The notes beneath the pieces are model-generated. The model saw nothing but the letters and a program-made list of their open reading frames with translations. It made no database searches and was not told the DNA's origin. Made by a program: the position numbers and the translations under genes. A DNA stretch of 63,219 nucleotides, filler included. It is 9 parts of 9 records of this genome, joined end to end, with 100 filler letters (N's around TTAATTAATTAA, not from the genome) between each part and the next. Parts side by side here need not be neighbours in the genome. Positions count along the whole stretch, not along the records: positions 54,199 to 63,219 come from DRR723986_33763; 8 more parts are not named here. One strand, 5' to 3'. Shown in pieces: positions 57,201 through 63,219 of this stretch (positions within the stretch are counted from its first letter, which is position 1; each line of letters starts with the position of its first letter).

Positions 57201-57650
57201 GGTATGGACGATTTTGTAGTTAAACCAGTGGTGGAAGCTACCCTGCGGGAGGTTTTTAAAAAGTGGCTTGTAGTCGAAACTACAGCTGAATCCCAAGCTG
57301 TTTCAAAAGACCATTACTCTAAAAACACGCTGATAAATTATACTGGCAATAACAAACAGGTCTTAGCTAGGATTTTGGATACGGTTAAAGCAGAATTAGT
57401 AGGATCACTCCAAGATTTAAGTAAGAGAATAGAGGAGGAGGATTTGCATGGATTGAATGAGGCAGGTCATAAACTATATGGTACTGCTGTATCTTCCGGG
57501 ATGCCTATTCTCGCAAAAATGGCTACGGAGTTTGAAAAAGCTTCCGGATTTGAAAAGAACTTTCTCCTGGAGAAGTTAGATCTGTTGCGAAATGAAATTG
57601 AATTGGTACTAAGTCAGGTGCAATTGCAACAGCAGGAATTAGGTAATTAA
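54201..57650 (+). CDS. Multi-PAS hybrid histidine kinase (PAS x4-HisKA-HATPase-REC-REC-Hpt-like), 5' truncated
   Basis: FLANMSHEIRTPLNG, NLLGNASKFT, DTGIG, GGTGLGL, two receivers (LMDYHMP, LMDLQMP) and a C-terminal GHKLYG. Confidence 0.93.
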   Translation: MCTHDVKGNFLTVNDSGANILGYTVNEIKAMSLYDIMPTDKHDELENYLKVILTKGRANGQMITKHKNGSQRIWLFNNVLEKSKVDDSTYIIGNAIDITSRSELQEDLNKTKQLLEETGKVARVGGWSIDLISKNVLWTPVTRLIHEAEDDFEPNIETGINFYKKGESRNRITEAVENAIATGEPWDLELELVTQKENVLWVRTIGHPEFTDGVCTRLFGTFQDIDQRKKIELVAARAKKTLDDVFNASSEVSFIATDLNGVITVFNRGAEKLLGYSSEEMVGKQTPALIHLEEEIEELGSELSEELGRKVSGFEVFITRPERDGSEQRIWTYLRKDGDKRLVSLIITPIKDPDFTSIGYLGVAIDITENRKVELDLINEKSRLSAFVEHTPAAVAMLDKEMRYLAVSNRWIDEYKLSGRALIGESHYDVFTESITPSAVERHKRVLNGAIEKREEEVYTLRGFDKPQHVTWEMRPWYLHDGEIGGMMIFTQNITSLISQREELKLAKGQAEEASKTKSEFLANMSHEIRTPLNGVIGFTDLLLKTKLNETQHQYLSIVNQSGNALLSIINDILDFSKIEAGKLELDIDKADLYEMCAQATDIIAYQIQNKGLEMLLNIESDLPRFIYADSDRLKQVLVNLLGNASKFTEKGEIELKVENLGSKGQYSKLRFSVRDTGIGIHPEKQKKIFEAFSQEDSSTTKKYGGTGLGLTISNRLLGLMDSTLQVISTIGQGSTFFFEVILETEMGEPIEWFEIEDIKKVLVVDDNDNNRLIVSQMLLLKNIQSTEAKNGLEALQILATGEHFDVILMDYHMPFMDGLETIKKIKESFIADLSEMPVILLQSSSDDQKILKVCKELGVKHRLVKPIKLQDFYYTLSRLHTHEENTNSAKKESVVLQQTQYKILIAEDNTVNMLLAETIIERTFPNAILIKATNGLEALEYCKMETPDLILMDLQMPEMNGYEATRNIRAITKDRQVQVPIVALTAGNVKGEREKCMEAGMDDFVVKPVVEATLREVFKKWLVVETTAESQAVSKDHYSKNTLINYTGNNKQVLARILDTVKAELVGSLQDLSKRIEEEDLHGLNEAGHKLYGTAVSSGMPILAKMATEFEKASGFEKNFLLEKLDLLRNEIELVLSQVQLQQQELGN

Positions 57651-57668
57651 ATGGCCATCCTGATGAAT

Positions 57669-58379
57669 TTAAATCAGATTAAGTCTGCTCATTAATTCAG
57701 CTTTTCTGGATCTGCTGATAGGGATTACTGATTTCTGAATCAGCACGGTATTGTCCTGTATATCAATTATTTTATGAAGGTTGATAATGTAGGATCTATG
57801 AACTTGAAAAAATGAATTAGGAGATAATTTTTCGTAAATCTTTGTGAGTGTACTGTGAACTCTATACTCCTGGTTATCCAATTTGATAAGGGCATAATCT
57901 CCCTGTGCTTCAATCAGATTTACCTCATTTGCATTGAGTTTTATCAGTCTCTTGTCAATATTGATGTAAAATTGACTCTTATCACCTTTATCTGATTTCA
58001 CTTCAGAAGTAGTTGTGTCCTCCTGTTTGTGGATCTTGAAGGCTTTGCCGATTGCTTTCTTTAATCGGTTGGGATCTATAGGCTTCGTTAAGAAATCAAT
58101 GATAGTATCATAATCAAAAGCATGTATGGCAATACTTTGGTCTGAAGTAGTCAGGATGATATGTGTTGGCTTTTTTAAAGTTTGGATAAAATCAAAGCCA
58201 CTGAATCCCGGCATATGGATATCCAGAAATATCAGATCTACCTGTTCCTTATTGAGGAATCTAAATGCATCCAAGGCATTTGAAAAACTTCCTACCACCT
58301 CTAAATCAGGCTCTTTTTCACATAAAAAAGTTAGTATTTCTCTTGACACACTTTCGTCGTCAATGATTATGCAGTTCAT
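57669..58379 (-). CDS. LytR/AlgR family response regulator
   Basis: REC domain (IIDDE, FLDIHMP, KP) plus LytTR domain (IEAQGDY, QVHRSYIIN, PISRS). Confidence 0.95.
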   Translation of the reverse strand: MNCIIIDDESVSREILTFLCEKEPDLEVVGSFSNALDAFRFLNKEQVDLIFLDIHMPGFSGFDFIQTLKKPTHIILTTSDQSIAIHAFDYDTIIDFLTKPIDPNRLKKAIGKAFKIHKQEDTTTSEVKSDKGDKSQFYINIDKRLIKLNANEVNLIEAQGDYALIKLDNQEYRVHSTLTKIYEKLSPNSFFQVHRSYIINLHKIIDIQDNTVLIQKSVIPISRSRKAELMSRLNLI

Positions 58380-58381
58380 AA

Positions 58382-58705
58382 CTACTCAAATTGTTCGGGA
58401 AGAAATGTAAGAATATTACTTAAAACTTCCTGAAATTCTAGTTGATAATTTGTATTTCCTGCTATTAAAGCTGTTTCATGCTTTTCAGTGATGGATAGAG
58501 CCTCTTTCATTTGAAAGAAAGCCACTTTGTGTTTGATTTTATGTACTATATCAGCAGCCCAATAGTAATTTTGGGTTTTGATGGCATGTTGGTAAGTTTC
58601 ATATTCAGCAGGAAGTTCATCAAGCAATATTTTGAAAATTTTCATTTCGAAATTTTTGTTGCCTTTTGACAATTCCTTTAAATATGCTAAGGAGGGAGTT
58701 TCCAT
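58382..58705 (-). CDS. Stand-alone Hpt domain protein
   Basis: PSLAYLKELSKGN...AADIVHKIKHK with a His phospho-acceptor. Confidence 0.8.
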   Translation of the reverse strand: METPSLAYLKELSKGNKNFEMKIFKILLDELPAEYETYQHAIKTQNYYWAADIVHKIKHKVAFFQMKEALSITEKHETALIAGNTNYQLEFQEVLSNILTFLPEQFE

Positions 58706-58725
58706 TGTTTTTAAAATTAGCGACT

Positions 58726-59133
58726 TCAGGTCCTGTCTACTTTTCTGGAAGGAGCCTTTTTTGAAATCGCCAAGGTGAATTCATTGAGTAGTTCTTGAAA
58801 GTTAGCCTTGTTCGTTTTCGGGTCTTCGTTAAAAACGGCTATAGCGAAAAATGTAAAAATCCAGGATTTGGAATCTTTAACGTGGCTGATGTAAATTTCT
58901 TCTGTTAAGCCACTGAATTGCTCGAATCCTTTACTAATGAAGTCTTTAAATAGTAGTGTTAGTTGCTCTGGGTCCCCGTTTATTAAGGGGAGTGTATTAT
59001 CGAGTTTGAAAGTAAAATTGGCCTGCCCCTCAAAATCCACAAGTATTGCTTTAATCATTTCATAGCTATCTACTATTTGATCCGGTTGATTGGTCCCATA
59101 GTGGGTGATTATTAGATCAGTGAGATTTACCAT
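58726..59133 (-). CDS. Small degenerate histidine-kinase (HATPase-like) fragment protein
   Basis: LPLINGDPEQLTLLFKDFISKG resembles the N-box helix but lacks the Asn and the G boxes. Confidence 0.5.
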   Translation of the reverse strand: MVNLTDLIITHYGTNQPDQIVDSYEMIKAILVDFEGQANFTFKLDNTLPLINGDPEQLTLLFKDFISKGFEQFSGLTEEIYISHVKDSKSWIFTFFAIAVFNEDPKTNKANFQELLNEFTLAISKKAPSRKVDRT

Positions 59134-59579
59134 TGTATTGACTTTTCGCGTTGGGATTTATTCGGGGCAAGCCAGGGGTGGGGGTGATCGACAACTTATT
59201 CTGCGCTCTTTTTCTACTCCAACTACTGCCTTCTATTGATTCTCTTAATTTATGATGTTAACAAAATTGATAGGGTAAAAGACCTCACGGCTTGTGCCGC
59301 GCTTTTTCCGCTTTGTATTAACAAATGTCATAAATTGAAAAAACTAAAAATTGGGATTATGGCTCAGTTGGAATAATCTATAGTCGAATTGCACAGATTT
59401 GTCGGTGAATGGAAATGTGTTCAGCCCAATAAAGCTATGTTTTAGTCTGCCTTGCGCTTATTTAAATGAAATGCAGTGATTTCTCTTTTAGACACTAGGA
59501 TGAAATTTCATCCTATGTTCTTCGAAATGTAGTACAGAGTAAAGACAATAGTTGGGACTGTGATACAAAGGTTAGCTCA

Positions 59580-59726
59580 CTACCTCCCTCCAATTAATTT
59601 AAAAATGACAGCTACTAGTGCTAGTACTAAAAGAATATGTATCAATCCAGTTACGCTGTAAATAAATACGCCAATTATCCAGCCGATTAATAGAATTACT
59701 GCAATGATATATAATAAAGAACTCAT
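59580..59726 (-). CDS. lmo0937 family (DUF5670) small membrane protein, 48 aa, not in the ORF track
   Basis: Translates as MSSLLYIIAVILLIGWIIGVFIYSVTGLIHILLVLALVAVIFKLIGGR*. Confidence 0.88.
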   Translation of the reverse strand: MSSLLYIIAVILLIGWIIGVFIYSVTGLIHILLVLALVAVIFKLIGGR

Positions 59727-60139
59727 GATATGTTTGTTTAATTTATGATTATACTTCTGGCTACCTATAATTCAATCCTAATGCCATTAGCAGAAAAATG
59801 CCCTAACTCAGCGAATTAGGGCGTTTTTCTGTTACTTTTATACGGTTTTATGATTTTTCTGGGAATTATAAATCCCATAGTGGGAATAATTTTAAGGAGG
59901 AAAAACAATAGAATGACACTTCTCTGCAAGCGCTGCAAATTTCCCCGTTTATCCTCCACAGACTTAGTTTGCAGATAAAGTATGCTGGGAAGCTGGGAGA
60001 AATATCCTCGGATACCGAGTTTGCTTACTGAAAGCTCTCGAAGTATGTGGAGGTGCCTGGTGATTCAATTTGTCCACCGGCAGGATTTCATATTACCATA
60101 ATAAATAGTCCCAAATCTCCAGATCAAAAATTCCTCTTC

Positions 60140-60808
60140 TCACCCTCTTCCCCCAAAAATCGCAGAGCCTATCCTCACCATGGTACTTCCTTCTTCCTGA
60201 GCAATCAGGTAATCACCACTCATTCCCATTGACAGTTCTACCAGTTGTACAAAGGCAGGAAGTTGTCTTTCTTTTAATTGGTCAAAAAGTGATTTGAGCC
60301 CCCGAAACTCCTTTCTGACCTGATCTTGATTTTCTGTGAAGGTAGCCATTCCCATCAGACCTTGAATAGACACATGACTAAGATTTAAAAAATCAGGATC
60401 TGAAAGCATTTCATTTAATTCTTTGGTGTCAAAACCGAACTTGCTTTCCTCCTCTGCAATGTGCATTTGAAGAAGCACATTTATTACCCTATCAATCTTT
60501 TTTCCCTGCTTATTGATTTCTTTGAGCAGTTTGAAGGAATCCACGCCATGAATCAGGTGAATGAAAGGAGCGATGTACTTGACCTTGTTACTTTGAAGAT
60601 GACCAATCATGTGCCACTTGACGTCCTGAGGCATTTCAGGTTGTTTTGCCTGAAGCTCCTGCACCTTATTTTCTCCAAAGTCCCTGATCCCAGCCGAGTA
60701 AGCCACTTTTAGGTCTTCCAAGGGTTTGGTCTTACTCACGGCAACCAGGAGACAATCCTGATTTATGAATGTTTTTTTTACTTTTTCGAGGTTGGCTTTG
60801 ATGTCCAT
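60140..60808 (-). CDS. yggS: PLP homeostasis protein (YggS/PROSC family)
   Basis: Motifs VAVSKTK, FGENKVQE, WHMIGHLQSNK, LSMGMSGDY and MVRIGSAIFG. Confidence 0.96.
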   Translation of the reverse strand: MDIKANLEKVKKTFINQDCLLVAVSKTKPLEDLKVAYSAGIRDFGENKVQELQAKQPEMPQDVKWHMIGHLQSNKVKYIAPFIHLIHGVDSFKLLKEINKQGKKIDRVINVLLQMHIAEEESKFGFDTKELNEMLSDPDFLNLSHVSIQGLMGMATFTENQDQVRKEFRGLKSLFDQLKERQLPAFVQLVELSMGMSGDYLIAQEEGSTMVRIGSAIFGGRG

Positions 60809-60857
60809 TTTCTATTTTTATGCTTTACTATTTTTAAATAAGGCCTAAAACAAAGAT

Positions 60858-62408
60858 ATGGCGATCATTAGTACTTTACTAAAAAAAGGCATCCGTCTGA
60901 GGGAGAGTCTAGAGCAAGAATACTCTCATCCTTTGGAACTACAGCGTCAGGAATTGAAGAAATTACTGATTCAGGCAGCAGATACGGAGATAGGAAGGAA
61001 GTATGATTTTGCTAAAATTCTAAAGAGCTTCCGAAAGGGAGAAGGTGATTTTTATGAGATGTATAAAGCTCAGCTTCCTATTTATGATTATAACCGCATA
61101 CACGAGGAATGGTGGTACAAACTCCTAGAAGGTAAACCCAATGTTACTTGGCCGGGTCCGGTTAGGCATTTTGCATTGAGCAGTGGTACATCCGGCGCCA
61201 CCTCCAAATTCATTCCCATCACCAGAGATATGGTGAAAGCCATTCGTAGAACTGGAGTGCGCCAAATTCTTTCACTCTCCAAGTATGACTTGCCAGCTTC
61301 TTTGCTGACAAAAGGTATTTTGATGTTGGGCGGAAGTACGGACTTAGAGTTTAACGGTACGTATTTCTCAGGCGATTTAAGTGGTATCACCACAGGAAGG
61401 TTGCCGATTTGGTTTCAGCGTTTTTACAAGCCTGGGAAAAAGATCTCAAGGAGCAAAAACTGGGGCGATAAGCTTGATCAAATTGTAGAAAAAGCGAAGT
61501 CCTGGGACATAGGAATTATCGTTGGGGTACCAGCCTGGCTTCAAATCCTGATTGAAAAAATAATTGAACGATATAAGGTAAAGAACATTCATGAAATCTG
61601 GCCAAACCTGCAGATTTTCGTTCATGGGGGAGTTTCCTTCGAACCTTATAAAAAGGGATTTGAGAAGCTCTTGGGCAGGCCGTTGCTCTACTTGGAAACC
61701 TACTTGGCCTCTGAAGGTTTTTTGGCTTTTCAGGCCTTGCCAAATCGCAAATCCATGCGCTTGGTTCTGAATAATGGTATTTTCCATGAGTTTGTGCCTT
61801 TTACAGAGGATAATTTTGATGAGGAAGGAAATATCAAGGCAGATGCTAAAACTTTAAAAATTGATGAGGTAGAGGAGGGGAAAGATTATGCGCTTCTGAT
61901 TAGCACCTGTGCTGGAGCTTGGCGTTACCTGATTGGCGATGTGGTGCGCTTTGTGTCCAAAGAGGAATCAGAGATAATTATTTCTGGTCGTACCAAGCAT
62001 TTCTTAAGTCTATGCGGGGAGCACCTTTCGGTTGATAATATGAATAAAGCCATAGAACTCACTGCTGAGGAGCATGATTTGAATATCCGTGAATTCACTG
62101 TGATTGGAGTTCCACATGGTACTTTGTTTGCCCACCATTGGTTTATAGGACTGGATGCTGCTATGGACTCCCAAGTCCTAAGTGACACCATAGATAGGTA
62201 TTTAAAAGTGCTCAACGATGATTATGCAGTGGAAAGAAATCATGCGTTGAGAGAGGTGATAGTTTCGGTTATACCATCTGCTGTATTTTATGAGTGGCTA
62301 AAGGAGCAAGGAAAGGAGGGAGGGTCTTACAAATTCCCAAGGGTGCTCAAGGGAGAGAAAGCCGCAAATTGGCAGGCATTTCTATCTAGTAGGGATATCA
62401 AGCTATGA
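60858..62408 (+). CDS. GH3 family acyl-acid amido synthetase-like protein
   Basis: Motifs FALSSGTSG..SKFIP, GDLSGI, YLASEGF, AWRYLIGD and KFPR. Confidence 0.92.
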   Translation: MAIISTLLKKGIRLRESLEQEYSHPLELQRQELKKLLIQAADTEIGRKYDFAKILKSFRKGEGDFYEMYKAQLPIYDYNRIHEEWWYKLLEGKPNVTWPGPVRHFALSSGTSGATSKFIPITRDMVKAIRRTGVRQILSLSKYDLPASLLTKGILMLGGSTDLEFNGTYFSGDLSGITTGRLPIWFQRFYKPGKKISRSKNWGDKLDQIVEKAKSWDIGIIVGVPAWLQILIEKIIERYKVKNIHEIWPNLQIFVHGGVSFEPYKKGFEKLLGRPLLYLETYLASEGFLAFQALPNRKSMRLVLNNGIFHEFVPFTEDNFDEEGNIKADAKTLKIDEVEEGKDYALLISTCAGAWRYLIGDVVRFVSKEESEIIISGRTKHFLSLCGEHLSVDNMNKAIELTAEEHDLNIREFTVIGVPHGTLFAHHWFIGLDAAMDSQVLSDTIDRYLKVLNDDYAVERNHALREVIVSVIPSAVFYEWLKEQGKEGGSYKFPRVLKGEKAANWQAFLSSRDIKL

Positions 62409-63031
62409 GTCAAGCGCTGCTTGAAGGAATAAGTATGGGGCTGTTGCTTTCTGCAATGATCGGCCCCGTGTTTTTCACCTTAATTCAAAGTAGTCTGGAA
62501 AAGGGTTTTCGCTATGCTGCTATGGTAGCATTAGGAATTCAAACCAGCGATGCACTTTATGTGCTTCTTACTTTTTTCGGCATAAAATTCTTAGCAGAAG
62601 CCACTTATTTCGAATCCATCCTAGGTTATGTGGGTGGAGCAATTTTGATAGGTTTTGGCATAAGCTATTTGGTGAAAAGACAAGCGACGAAGCCTGATGC
62701 TAAAGTTGAAGAAGTTCGTAGAGCCAAAAAGCGAAGTGCATTTCTAAAGGGTTTTAGTATCAATGGCATCAATCCATTTGTACTTCTTTTCTGGATTTCC
62801 ATCGCCAGTTTGGTTCACTTAAAATCCGAATTTGACAAAACAGCTATTTGGTCTTATTACTTGGGAATTCTTCTTACCGTCTTTGCCATTGATCTCATCA
62901 AAGCATACATAGCAAAGAAATTAGCTCAATTTGTAACGCCAAAATTTATGTTCTGGCTTAATAAAGCCGTTGGGGTTGCCATGATAGGTTTTGGGATTCG
63001 ATTGATCTGGTTTGCAATTGGGAATGTTTAA
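62405..63031 (+). CDS. LysE family translocator
   Basis: IGPVFF...KGFR, SD, FLKGFSINGINPFVLLFW and multiple TM helices. Confidence 0.9.
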   Translation: MSQALLEGISMGLLLSAMIGPVFFTLIQSSLEKGFRYAAMVALGIQTSDALYVLLTFFGIKFLAEATYFESILGYVGGAILIGFGISYLVKRQATKPDAKVEEVRRAKKRSAFLKGFSINGINPFVLLFWISIASLVHLKSEFDKTAIWSYYLGILLTVFAIDLIKAYIAKKLAQFVTPKFMFWLNKAVGVAMIGFGIRLIWFAIGNV

Positions 63032-63057
63032 ACAATCATAAGAACACAAGCGTTGAA

Positions 63058-63219
63058 GTTGTCGGTTGTCGGTTGTCGGTTATCGGTTATCGGTTATCGG
63101 TCGGACACCGGACATAAGTCATCAGTCATCAGTCATCGGTCATCGGTCATCTAACATCGGACATCGGTCATCAGACATCGGTCATCTGACACCCGACATC
63201 GGTCATCGGACATCGGACA
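63058..63219 (+). repeat. Two adjacent heptamer tandem-repeat blocks running off the window end
   Basis: GTT(G/A)TCG x6 (63058-63099), then 17 units of consensus TC(G/A)G(T/A)CA (63101-63219). Confidence 0.92.

Noticed and set aside
60858-62408. GH3 'auxin-responsive' gene as a plant-derived transfer
   Set aside because: GH3-family genes are widespread in Bacteroidota, and composition matches the neighbouring genes.

Overview
This window is not one locus. It joins nine separate contigs with artificial 100-nt spacers (N-run + TTAATTAATTAA + N-run), and taxonomic labels below are inferred from gene content. (1) 1-5166, Rhodobacteraceae-like: corrinoid protein, DUF1638, sufE, lipoprotein, rnd, purN, purM, truncated tRNA. 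(2) 5267-10714, planctomycete-like: REP pair, coiled-coil protein, DUF1552 + DUF1592-type pair. (3) 10815-19942, alphaproteobacterial: murG-murC-murB-ftsQ-ftsA-ftsZ with no ddl, converging on uvrC-pgsA-moaD-moaE. (4) 20043-28532, T9SS-using Bacteroidota-related organism with secreted proteins. (5) 28633-33997, flavobacterial alternative complex III (actABC). (6) 34098-39589, planctomycete-like cusA plus two multi-TRASH/YHS-like metal-binding proteins. (7) 39690-48970: cPLA2/patatin-like lipase, DinB, and an AT-richer island with an RloC-like anticodon nuclease and a large serine recombinase next to a probable tRNA end. (8) 49071-54098: GNAT, rlpA and two tandem At5g03900-like membrane paralogs. 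(9) 54199-63219, Cyclobacteriaceae-like: hybrid kinase/LytTR/Hpt cluster, yggS, GH3, LysE, heptamer repeats. The most interesting signals are in the contig-7 island. Its recombinase is split by an in-frame TGA where Gly is expected, its reading frame has seven consecutive TGA-only stops, and it carries a tRNA-Pro-like att candidate inside the gene. Also notable are a degenerate intergenic repeat and a palindrome family that link contigs 4, 7 and 8. No database searches were run, so all family calls come from motif recognition.
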